DNA from: Bacteroidales bacterium
GTDB taxonomy: Bacteria > Bacteroidota > Bacteroidia > Bacteroidales > ML635J-15
Direction: 5' to 3'
Length of the DNA: 40,502 bases
Assembly: GCA_028702675.1 (NCBI GenBank)
Contig: JAQVOJ010000008.1
Span: 1-40,502, forward strand
Shown: positions 1-8,597 of the stretch, one piece after another
Layout of the letters: each line of letters starts with the position of its first letter
How positions within the stretch are numbered: the stretch's first letter is position 1
Notes under the pieces: generated by a model
What the model was told of the DNA's origin: nothing
The model's input: the letters and a program-made list of their open reading frames with translations, nothing else
Databases searched by the model: none
Program-made: the position numbers and the translations under genes

Positions 1-114
1 AGGGTTTCACTCAAAGTGAAGCCCTGACTTGCTGGTATAGCCGCACTCATTCCGTTCATTCGCTATGACGTTTTCAACCAGAGGGTTTCACTCCAAGTGA
101 AGCCCTGACTTGCT
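1..114. CRISPR. Candidate terminal fragment of a CRISPR array: two copies of a hairpin-containing direct repeat (33 nt visible, possibly ~45 nt) around one unique spacer; the array would continue left of the window
   Basis: 1-33 AGGGTTTCACTCAAAGTGAAGCCCTGACTTGCT and 82-114 AGGGTTTCACTCCAAGTGAAGCCCTGACTTGCT, with one mismatch located in the loop. Each copy folds into a 10-bp stem GGGTTTCACT/AGTGAAGCCC (one G-U pair) with a 3-nt loop. The 12 nt before copy 2 (GTTTTCAACCAG, 70-81) read on the minus strand as CTGGTTGAAAAC, a typical repeat 3-prime handle. If they belong to the repeat, the spacer is 36 nt (34-69). Only two copies are visible because the window starts inside copy 1. Confidence 0.4.
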
Positions 115-121
115 AAAATTC

Positions 122-886
122 CTACAACACCTCAACCCTTAAACCATCAAAAGCAGGCTGTACATTATCAGGTAATATCTTAAGCATTTCTTCGTGTTTG
201 CCAATATAATGGCTCATATGTGTTAGATAGGCTTTGCGAGGAGCACACTCATTTATTATTTGCAAGGCTTCCTCTATATTGAAATGCGACATGTGTTTTT
301 CTACTCTAAGTGCATTAATAACTAAATACTTTGAACCGTGGACCTTATGCTTCTCTTCATCAGGAATATAACTTGCATCGGTTATGTACGTTAAATCACC
401 AATTCTATATCCTAAAATAGGCAAATGGTAATGCATAATTCTGATAGGTATTATAGTAATCCCTTTAATTTCAAATTTTTGATTCTCAATTGTGTTTAAA
501 TGTAATCTTGGCACTCCAGGGTAAGGTTTATCAGCAAAAATATAACTGTATTCTTTTCTTAAAGCTTCCTGAACTCTCTGTTCTGCATAAACCTCCATAG
601 CCGACTTACTCATGAAATTAAAAGCTCTTACATCATCTAATCCGCCTACATGGTCTTTATGCTCGTGTGTAAATAAAATTGCATCTATAGAACTTATGTC
701 TTCACGTAGCATTTGCTGCCGAAAATCAGGTCCGGCGTCAATTAAGATATTTATATCATCAATACTTATTAATGCAGATGTGCGAAGTCTTTTGTCTCGA
801 TAATCCTGTGATTGACAAACTTCACAATTGCAACCTATTACAGGTACTCCTTGCGATGTTCCGGTGCCTAAAAATGTTATCTCCAA
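122..886 (-). CDS. MBL-fold metallo-hydrolase (metallo-beta-lactamase superfamily)
   Basis: 254-aa ORF with the HxHxDH zinc motif (THEHKDHVGG) and a downstream His/Asp pattern typical of the MBL fold. Confidence 0.85.
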   Translation of the reverse strand: MEITFLGTGTSQGVPVIGCNCEVCQSQDYRDKRLRTSALISIDDINILIDAGPDFRQQMLREDISSIDAILFTHEHKDHVGGLDDVRAFNFMSKSAMEVYAEQRVQEALRKEYSYIFADKPYPGVPRLHLNTIENQKFEIKGITIIPIRIMHYHLPILGYRIGDLTYITDASYIPDEEKHKVHGSKYLVINALRVEKHMSHFNIEEALQIINECAPRKAYLTHMSHYIGKHEEMLKILPDNVQPAFDGLRVEVL

Positions 887-1033
887 AGCTTTAAGTCTAT
901 TTATTACAAACTAACATAAAGTTTTTTATTAAAACAATACAAATAATCAATAAAATAACTGAGCTTATTTGTAAAGCTTAAGCTATAGAATATTTTGCTA
1001 TAGACACTATTTCATTTATTTAGATATTCTAAG

Positions 1034-1041
1034 TAATTTTG
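1034..1041 (+). promoter_or_regulatory. Possible Bacteroidota-type -7 promoter element (TAnnTTTG) for the downstream methyltransferase gene
   Basis: TAATTTTG at 1034-1041, 22 nt upstream of the ATG at 1063. The -33 TTTG element is weak (TTTA at 1015-1018). Confidence 0.25.
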
Positions 1042-1062
1042 CAAATATTAATAAATAATAAT

Positions 1063-1767
1063 ATGCCACAAGGAATTCTGGTACTAATACCCACTTTACT
1101 CAGTGAATCAAACCCTGCTGATGTTTTACCCGATTTAGCTATTCAATATATAAACAGCATAAAAAACTTTGTAGTTGAAGACATAAAAACTGCTCGTAGA
1201 TTTCTTAAAAAAGTTAATAAAAACATTGTAATTGATGATTTGGTTTTTCATGTGCTTAATAAACACACTAAATACGAAGAACTTGATTTTATGTTGCATG
1301 ATGCTACTATCGGCAATACTGTTGGTTTAATGTCAGAAGCCGGATTGCCCGGAGTTGCAGACCCCGGTTCTAATCTTGTTGCATTAGCTCATGCTAAGGG
1401 AATAATTGTGAAACCTTTGGCAGGTCCGTCTTCAATATTTATGGCTTTGATGGCATCAGGACTTAACGGGCAGAGTTTTGCTTTTAATGGGTATTTGCCG
1501 AGAGACGAGAATAATTGCAGAAAAACTTTACTAATGCTGGAATCAAGAGCACACAAGGAGAGTCAGTCGCAAATTTTTATGGAAACACCTTACAGAAATA
1601 ACCGGATTTTTGATATAATCATCAGCACATTAAAACCGGAAACAAAACTATGTGTAGCCTCCGATATAAGTGCTGTAAGCGAAAGTATTTTTACTAAAAA
1701 AATTAAAGATTGGAAAAAGCAAAAGCCCGATTTAAACAAGCGTCCATCAATTTTTATTATTCAGTAA
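1063..1767 (+). CDS. SAM-dependent methyltransferase of the tetrapyrrole-methylase / RsmI family
   Basis: RsmI-like motifs: LIPTLLSESNP, SEAGLPGVADPG, PLAGPSS, FNGYLP. The ORF track starts at a TTG at 1039; the ATG at 1063 (MPQGILVLIPT) is the more plausible start. Confidence 0.75.
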   Translation: MPQGILVLIPTLLSESNPADVLPDLAIQYINSIKNFVVEDIKTARRFLKKVNKNIVIDDLVFHVLNKHTKYEELDFMLHDATIGNTVGLMSEAGLPGVADPGSNLVALAHAKGIIVKPLAGPSSIFMALMASGLNGQSFAFNGYLPRDENNCRKTLLMLESRAHKESQSQIFMETPYRNNRIFDIIISTLKPETKLCVASDISAVSESIFTKKIKDWKKQKPDLNKRPSIFIIQ

Positions 1768-1786
1768 ATTAATTAAAGCCTTTTTA

Positions 1787-2475
1787 TTTCTTCTTTTTTA
1801 ATACTCCACCAATTATTATTTCGAAACCATTATACAAAAGTGAAGCATCAGGATAATCGATACTTCTGTTAATAATAGAATTATCAGCATTATAGGCTGT
1901 GTATGACCCATTAAGAGCCATTCGTTACGAACCTATATAGTACCTGCCTCCGTTATATCCCCAAATATTATCTTGAATTTTAAAATTTATTTTTGCTCCA
2001 AACAAATAGCCCCAACCAAAAATATTTTTATCTATGCTAATATCAGAGCCAATTGCTTGATAATTATATGCTTCGCACAACATATTATTAAAATTGCCAC
2101 TCATAAGCTTTGTGTTTAAACTTGCAAAACCAAATACTCCACCCATAATATCAAGCTGCAGATTTTTAGTTGGCAATACTATAGTGGGAACAAGACTTCC
2201 TGTAAAGCTTTGAAAAGGTCCTATCAAAGCTGTGTTAGAGTGTAATTCGTCAGGTAGTCTATCTAAGCTCATTCCACCTACCGAAATTAAGCTTATCCCG
2301 GGCTAATCTGGAAAAACTTTCCAAAAGAAACAGGAATACTTAGATTAACAGGAGCAATCGGATTTGAGAAATAACCGTTTTTTGGAAAAAAATAACTAAA
2401 CCCAATTGACTGAGAGTAAGCATTTGCAAAGAATAATACAATTATTAGTGCACCGATAAGTCTTTTACACTTCAT
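1787..2475 (-). pseudogene. Disrupted gene for a secreted, outer-membrane-like protein (~229 aa if intact): one frameshift plus one in-frame TAA
   Basis: A signal peptide ORF (2293-2475, MKCKRLIGALIIVLFFANAYSQ) continues in another frame as ORF 1925-2272, with the shift near the CCCGGG run at 2296-2304. It then continues in the same frame past a TAA at 1925-1927 to 1787 (…RYYIGS*RMALNGSYTAYNADNS…). Confidence 0.45.
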
Positions 2476-2481
2476 GTTTTT

Positions 2482-3051
2482 TTATTTAATTAAAAAGTCT
2501 TTTACCAATATTTCGGCATTTTGCAAAGTATCTTGCAGATTATCATTTATTAAAACAAAATCAAAATAAGAGGCAAATTCTAACTCGTAAGCAGCCTTAT
2601 TTATTCTTTTTGCAATTTCTTCTTCAGAATCTGTAGATCGATTACGAAGTCTATTGGCAAGTGTGTCTATGTCAGGAGGTTGCACAAACACACTTAAAGC
2701 ATTTTCTTTATAGTAATTTTTAATATTTATACCCCCTTTTACATCAACATCAAACAAAACATTATTACCTCTATTTCTAATTCGTTGAACTTCGCTAAAG
2801 AGTGTGCCATAATATAAACCATCGTAAACTTCTTCCCATTCTAAAAAAGCATTTTCGCTTATTTTTTTTCTGAATTCATCCACACTTAAAAAATAATAAT
2901 CTTTACCATGAAGCTCATTTTTACGTGGCTTACGACTACATGCCGATATCGAAAATTCAAGTTTGTACTCAGGCTTTGTGAGCAAATGCTTTACTACTGT
3001 TGTCTTTCCGGCTCCCGAAGGGGCAGAAAAAATGATTAACTTACCCTGCAT
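2482..3051 (-). CDS. gmk: Guanylate kinase
   Basis: 189 aa with P-loop SAPSGAGKTT; overall guanylate kinase architecture and length. Confidence 0.9.
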   Translation of the reverse strand: MQGKLIIFSAPSGAGKTTVVKHLLTKPEYKLEFSISACSRKPRKNELHGKDYYFLSVDEFRKKISENAFLEWEEVYDGLYYGTLFSEVQRIRNRGNNVLFDVDVKGGINIKNYYKENALSVFVQPPDIDTLANRLRNRSTDSEEEIAKRINKAAYELEFASYFDFVLINDNLQDTLQNAEILVKDFLIK

Positions 3052-3479
3052 TGATATTTTTTATAAAAACGAAAATATACTTTTTGATTATTAAATACAA
3101 AACAATAATTAAAGCCATTTATTTTTTGCATGATTTTTTTAATAAATCATAATTTATTTTATGAATAAATTGTTCTTGGAATATGGCAAACCAAATGCTA
3201 CAAGGAAATATACTCATAGATATAAATAAGTATAAAACCTAGTAGTTGTTATTAAAAAATTTAATATTCAAAATGTTAATTACATAAATACATTAGTTTT
3301 TATAATAACTCAAGATAGTGAAATAAAGTTAATATTTTAAATTTAGGTTATTTATTTGTTAATAAATAATGATTTTAATGATTTTAGTCAACCTGTTACA
3401 CGACAGATTATATAATTAGGTTATTAATCTTAAATTGTTTAATTTCGAGCAATTAAAATGATAAATAAAAAATAAGAAT

Positions 3480-5078
3480 ATGCAAAAGTTAGTATTATTA
3501 GGAGATGAAGCAATTGCACAAGGAGCTATAGATGGCGGTATAAGTGGATTTTACGCTTATCCGGGAACTCCTTCAACCGAAGTAATGGAGTATGCTCAAC
3601 GCAGTAAAGAAGCTCAACAAAAAGGAATTAAAAACACATGGTCGGCAAATGAAAAAACAGCTATGGAGTCTGCTCTTGGTATGTCTTATGCCGGTAAAAG
3701 AGCTATGGTTCAAATGAAACATGTTGGATTAAATGTTGCTGCCGATGCCTTTGTAAATGCTTCAATTACAGGTGTTAATGGTGGTTTAATCGTAGTTTCT
3801 GCCGATGACCCTTCGATGCACTCATCGCAAAACGAACAAGATTCAAGATTCTATGGCGATTTTGCAATGATTCCAATGCTGGAACCTTCTAATCAGCAAG
3901 AAGCATACGATATGGCTCATGTTGGGTTTGAATTATCAGAAAAATTCAATGTGCCTGTGTTGTTGCGTATTACTACTCGTTTAGCTCACAGTAGAAGTGG
4001 AGTAAAAAGAATGGAACAGCTTGAACAGCTAAAAGGTTCTCTACCAAAAGACCCTAGACAGTTCGTTTTGTTGCCTGCTATTGCTCGTAAAAATTACAAA
4101 AAATTGCTTAATATACAGCCAGCTTTAATGGAAGCTTCAGAGAATAGTACATATAATAAATATCTTGATGGTAATGATAAAACAATTGGAATTATTGCTT
4201 GTGGAATAGCATATAATTATTTAATGGAAAATTTCCCCAATGGATGTCCTTATCCAATAATTAAACTATCGCAATATCCAATTCCAAAATCTTATGTTGA
4301 ACGACTTTATAATGATTGCGATGAGATTTTAGTTTTAGAAGACGGATATCCTATTGTTGAGGAAAAATTAAGAGGTTTTCTTAATACCGGTAAAACTGTA
4401 AATGGGCGATTAAACGGGAAATTACCACGCGATGGTGAATTAAATCCTAATTTGGTTGCTAAATCTTTAGGTATAAACATTATCGAAGGTAATAATTCTC
4501 CCGAAATGGTAATGGGACGCCCACCATCATTGTGTGCAGGTTGTGGACACCGTGATATGTATAACGCTCTAAACGAGGCTATAAAGCCATACGGAGAGGG
4601 TAGAGTATTTGCAGATATTGGTTGCTATACTCTGGGGGCTTTAGCTCCATTTAATGCTATAAACTCTTGTGTAGATATGGGTGCAAGTATTACAATGGCA
4701 ATAGGAGCTGCTGATGCCGGATTAGTTCCTGCCGTAGCTGTAATTGGAGATTCTACATTCACACACTCCGGTATGACAGGATTACTTGATGCTGTTATCA
4801 GAAATTCACCAATTACTGTTATTATTAGCGATAATAGCACTACAGGAATGACTGGTGGACAAGACTCGCATGCACTTGGTAGAATACCCGAAATTTGCAA
4901 AGGTCTTGGCGTTGACCCCGAACATATTAAAATTATTAATCCACTGAAAAAATATCACGAAGAAAACACTAAAATTATTGCCGACGAACTTGCTCATCAT
5001 GGTGTTTCAGTGGTAATCCCACAACGCGAATGTATCCAAACAGCAGCTCGTAGAAAAAGAGCAGCACGTAAAAATTAA
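3480..5078 (+). CDS. iorA: Indolepyruvate:ferredoxin oxidoreductase alpha subunit (TPP-dependent 2-oxoacid:ferredoxin oxidoreductase)
   Basis: 532 aa. N-terminus LLGDEAIAQGAIDGGISGFYAYPGTPSTE, the TPP-binding region and the CAGCGHRD segment match IorA. Followed 25 nt later by an IorB-like gene. Confidence 0.8.
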   Translation: MQKLVLLGDEAIAQGAIDGGISGFYAYPGTPSTEVMEYAQRSKEAQQKGIKNTWSANEKTAMESALGMSYAGKRAMVQMKHVGLNVAADAFVNASITGVNGGLIVVSADDPSMHSSQNEQDSRFYGDFAMIPMLEPSNQQEAYDMAHVGFELSEKFNVPVLLRITTRLAHSRSGVKRMEQLEQLKGSLPKDPRQFVLLPAIARKNYKKLLNIQPALMEASENSTYNKYLDGNDKTIGIIACGIAYNYLMENFPNGCPYPIIKLSQYPIPKSYVERLYNDCDEILVLEDGYPIVEEKLRGFLNTGKTVNGRLNGKLPRDGELNPNLVAKSLGINIIEGNNSPEMVMGRPPSLCAGCGHRDMYNALNEAIKPYGEGRVFADIGCYTLGALAPFNAINSCVDMGASITMAIGAADAGLVPAVAVIGDSTFTHSGMTGLLDAVIRNSPITVIISDNSTTGMTGGQDSHALGRIPEICKGLGVDPEHIKIINPLKKYHEENTKIIADELAHHGVSVVIPQRECIQTAARRKRAARKN

Positions 5079-5103
5079 TTGATAAAAATAAAAATCAGAC
5101 AAT

Positions 5104-5688
5104 ATGAAAACAGATATTATATTAGCAGGTGTTGGTGGACAAGGAATCCTTACAATTGCAGCATGTATTGGACTTGCTGCTGTTGAAAAAAACTTACACT
5201 TGAAACAAGCAGAAGTACACGGAATGAGTCAAAGAGGAGGGGATGTGCAATCACATCTCAGAATCTCTGACCAAGAAATATTTTCAGACTTAATACCCAA
5301 AGGACATGCCGATATTATTTTATCGGTAGAACCTATGGAGGCTCTTAGATATTTGCCATTTTTAAGTAAAACAGGTTATGTGATTACTAATACTGTACCG
5401 TTTAACAATATTCCTAATTATCCCGACTTGGATGATTTAAATAAACAAATTGAAGCATTACCAAATAAAATTGCAATAAATGCAGACAAAATTGCTAAAG
5501 ATATTGGCTCTTCTCGTTCAAGTAATATTGTAATGCTTGGTGCTGCATCTTCGTTCCTGAAAATTAAAATAGAAGACCTCGAAAATGCTTTACACCAAAT
5601 GTTTGATAGAAAAGGAGAGGAAATTGTTAATATGAATATTAAAGCTCTGCATGCAGGCAAAGATGCTGCTGCTGAGTTAATGAAGTAG
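5104..5688 (+). CDS. iorB: Indolepyruvate oxidoreductase beta subunit
   Basis: 194 aa with an ILAGVGGQGILT start typical of the gamma/IorB subunit family; operon partner of iorA. Confidence 0.8.
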   Translation: MKTDIILAGVGGQGILTIAACIGLAAVEKNLHLKQAEVHGMSQRGGDVQSHLRISDQEIFSDLIPKGHADIILSVEPMEALRYLPFLSKTGYVITNTVPFNNIPNYPDLDDLNKQIEALPNKIAINADKIAKDIGSSRSSNIVMLGAASSFLKIKIEDLENALHQMFDRKGEEIVNMNIKALHAGKDAAAELMK

Positions 5689-5760
5689 TAAATTTGTATT
5701 TTGCTTTATTAAGCTTAGACTATTTTTTTGTATAGTACTTGAGTATGTTGAGAGTATTAC

Positions 5761-6567
5761 CTAATTTTTTGTTAGAACGAAGCTCCAATACTCAAATTTA
5801 CCATTATTAAAAGAATTAAATCTATTAGTACCTTCGGTACCGGCAAACTCACCAAACGATTTTTGAAGAAATCCAGGAATCTTATTTTTGATTAATTTTT
5901 CTCTTCTTGCAGTATCTAATGACAAGCCTTTAGCTACATTCTTTGTAATGTTGGTTTCTTGTTTAATTGAAAAACCACATTTTTCAAGGCTGGTTTTGAT
6001 TGTATTAATGCTTTCTTTTTCAATCATATCGGCAAATAAAAAATAACCATCATCATTTAAAACACGATATACTTCATTAAAAAAAGTTTCAACATTACTG
6101 TAACACCTAGATGACTCTACATTTACAACTGCATCAAAAGTTTCTCCATTTACAGGTAATCTTTCTGCTCGCCCTTCAACAAAAGACAATCCTTTAACAT
6201 TGTAAAATTTATTACAAAAATTTATTACACTTGATGAGATATCAACTGCCGTATATTTCAGTGGCTTATAGTATCGTGCTATGTAATCAGCTCCGCCTCC
6301 TCGACCTGAACCAACTTCCAATACTTTCTTGTTTTCCAAATTAACACGATTTACTACATGATCGTAAAGCTGGATACAATAACGATTAACCTCATCTTTT
6401 TGCTCTAAAGCAACACTTTGTTCTTCATTAAGGAATGCATAACCATAATTCATAAAATTGGCGCTAATATCCTTGTCAAAACGAATCAACAAATTATGCC
6501 AAATTCGCCACATTGGTCTTCTTAATGTGCTTGGAAATTCGCAATACTTCTCTACAAAATTTTTCAT
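5761..6567 (-). CDS. Class I SAM-dependent methyltransferase
   Basis: 268 aa with methyltransferase motif I VLEVGSGRGGGADYIA and post-I acidic residue pattern. Confidence 0.75.
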   Translation of the reverse strand: MKNFVEKYCEFPSTLRRPMWRIWHNLLIRFDKDISANFMNYGYAFLNEEQSVALEQKDEVNRYCIQLYDHVVNRVNLENKKVLEVGSGRGGGADYIARYYKPLKYTAVDISSSVINFCNKFYNVKGLSFVEGRAERLPVNGETFDAVVNVESSRCYSNVETFFNEVYRVLNDDGYFLFADMIEKESINTIKTSLEKCGFSIKQETNITKNVAKGLSLDTARREKLIKNKIPGFLQKSFGEFAGTEGTNRFNSFNNGKFEYWSFVLTKN

Positions 6568-6704
6568 TGTTTTTTTGTTTTTATTTAAAGCAAGATATGC
6601 ATGAAGTTTATTCCCAAAAAAACATTGGGCTGTATATCAGTATAAATGGGGGTAAATTATAGTTTTTGTGGTGAATCGGCAAAGTAATGTGGCGAATTAC
6701 GTAG

Positions 6705-7559
6705 CTAGGTAAGTGCAGAAATGGCTTTTTTTAGGGGAATTACGTATTGTCTTGAAATTGAAAACACTTTATCCAAACCACCAATCTTAAAATAATAACC
6801 CATAGAATTACGCAAAATTTTATCAACAAAATGAACATTAACAAGACATGTCCTGTGGCAACGGACAATATACTTATAGCTATTAAGTTGTGATTCAATA
6901 TTTTTTAAAGTGTTCCTTATAAGTTTTTTCTCAATTTTGTCGTTATCAAAATAATAAATCTCAATGTAATTATCAGCAGATTGCACACAAATAATGCTAC
7001 CAGGGGGTACAATTAGAGAGTTTGTTTTACTTGATGATGAAATCTCAATTTCTTTTTCCTCAATTCTTTGCTCATATTCATTAATTTTTAAAAAATATGC
7101 CTTATTCTGATCTCTCAGTATGTTAATTATTTGTTCTTGATATTTATTCTTATATAAAATAGCTAGGATAATTACCGGAATAAGACAAACTAATGCAATT
7201 TTGAAAAGAATATAAAGCGACAAATAGCTATTACCTACAAACTTGATATAAAAGGCAAAAGCTGTGCCTGTAAATAAAAACATAAAAGCGTTAAGTATTA
7301 ATGGTGGACCGCTTTCCCACATACTTGATTTAAACCACTTAGAAAAAAATAAAGGTAAACCTATTAATGCGAGAACCGAAACTAAAAAAGTAATTCCTCC
7401 AAAACCGGCAACATAAAGTAAACGATTATTGAAATCGAGTGTTTCGAGCGGAAAAGGTTGAAAGAAAAGTATAAAAAGAAAAACGCCAAAACTGATTATA
7501 AAAATTCTGCCTAATTCATTTTTAGGTAAGCTTAATGATGGTTTATCTGCGTTTTTCAA
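6705..7559 (-). CDS. Membrane-anchored LytTR-family DNA-binding regulator (no receiver domain)
   Basis: 284 aa. The N-terminal half has about four hydrophobic transmembrane segments. The C-terminal ~100 aa has a LytTR-like pattern (SIICVQSADNYIEIYY…IVRCHRTCLVNV). Confidence 0.7.
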   Translation of the reverse strand: MKNADKPSLSLPKNELGRIFIISFGVFLFILFFQPFPLETLDFNNRLLYVAGFGGITFLVSVLALIGLPLFFSKWFKSSMWESGPPLILNAFMFLFTGTAFAFYIKFVGNSYLSLYILFKIALVCLIPVIILAILYKNKYQEQIINILRDQNKAYFLKINEYEQRIEEKEIEISSSSKTNSLIVPPGSIICVQSADNYIEIYYFDNDKIEKKLIRNTLKNIESQLNSYKYIVRCHRTCLVNVHFVDKILRNSMGYYFKIGGLDKVFSISRQYVIPLKKAISALT

Positions 7560-7878
7560 AAAAAAAAGTTTTAAACAATTCGTTAATTCAAAATACTACT
7601 AATCAATTAATTTGATGATTTTTGCAAGATACAGAAATAATAATTTTAATACAAAAGGAGAAATTATCGGCGCACAAATTTACACTTTATTTTTCTTAAC
7701 AGCAGATTTTTTTAATAATCCATTTTATGCAAAGAATAGTTTTTTGTAACAATTATATTTTAAGAATATAAGTATAAACATCTTAAGCTTTTACAGCTAC
7801 TTGAATAACTTTAAAAAAGTTTTTACTACCGGAAACATTAAAATGTTGTTGAAATAAAAAGAATTTTGGAATAAAGCT

Positions 7879-8514
7879 TTAGAATTTTTTATAACCGGCT
7901 TTAGCTTCATTAAAAGGTCTTCTATTTAATATCGATTGACCTAAAGTTACTTCGTCGGCATATTGTAATTCATCGCCTATTGAGATACCTTTAGCAATAC
8001 TGCTTATGTTTATTTTAGTGTTTTCGAGTTTTCGATAAATATAAAAAGCTGTGGTTTCTCCTTCCATAGTGGTAGGTAGAGCAAAAATAATCTCACTTAT
8101 TGTCTCGTTTTCAATTCTAGATATTAGAGTGTTAATTTTTAATTGTGAAGGACCTATACCATCCATAGGTGAAATAACGCCGCCAAGTACATGATATAGA
8201 CCTGTGTATTGTTGGGTTTGCTCAACAGCCATTACATCGTTAATTCCTTCAACGACACAAATCATTGAAGAATCTCGTTTTGGATTGCTGCAAATAGAAC
8301 ATATTTCGCTGTCACTTAAATTATTACAAATTTTGCAAAACCCTGTTTCGTGTTTCATTTTTATTATTGCATTACCAAATCTTTCAACTGCTTTAACATC
8401 TTGTTTTAGTAAGTGCAATACTAATCTAAGAGCTGTTTTATTACCAATACCCGGCAATTTACTAAACTCTTCTACTGCTTCTGCTAATAATTTACTACTG
8501 TTACCTGATTGCAT
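7879..8514 (-). CDS. recR: Recombination protein RecR
   Basis: 211 aa with N-terminal HhH ([12 protein letters not shown]), a C4 zinc finger ([17 protein letters not shown]) and a Toprim domain. Confidence 0.9.
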   Translation of the reverse strand: MQSGNSSKLLAEAVEEFSKLPGIGNKTALRLVLHLLKQDVKAVERFGNAIIKMKHETGFCKICNNLSDSEICSICSNPKRDSSMICVVEGINDVMAVEQTQQYTGLYHVLGGVISPMDGIGPSQLKINTLISRIENETISEIIFALPTTMEGETTAFYIYRKLENTKINISSIAKGISIGDELQYADEVTLGQSILNRRPFNEAKAGYKKF

Positions 8515-8597
8515 TTCATTATTGCTTTATATTGCAAAACTACCTGTTTTTTTTTAAATAGTTTTAAAAACTTGAATATAGATTTACTAACAATTGA

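Noticed and set aside
82-114. Reading the hairpin repeat as the intrinsic terminator of the MBL hydrolase gene
   Set aside because: No U-tract follows the hairpin on the minus strand, and the element is duplicated with a unique spacer, which a terminator would not explain.
612-803. 63-aa + strand ORF inside the MBL hydrolase gene
   Set aside because: Fully embedded antisense in a well-supported CDS; low-complexity translation.
1039-1062. TTG-initiated N-terminal extension of the RsmI-like methyltransferase
   Set aside because: An ATG at 1063 gives the conserved N-terminus, and a TAnnTTTG promoter element overlaps the extension.
3170-3230. 18-codon ORF (MNKLFLEYGKPNATRKYTHR…) in the gmk-iorA gap
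   Set aside because: Too short, no supporting signal.
4625-5000. Two minus-strand ORFs (91 and 64 aa) inside iorA
   Set aside because: Antisense to a conserved TPP-enzyme gene; no motifs.
8204-8557. 117-aa + strand ORF overlapping recR
   Set aside because: Antisense shadow ORF of recR.
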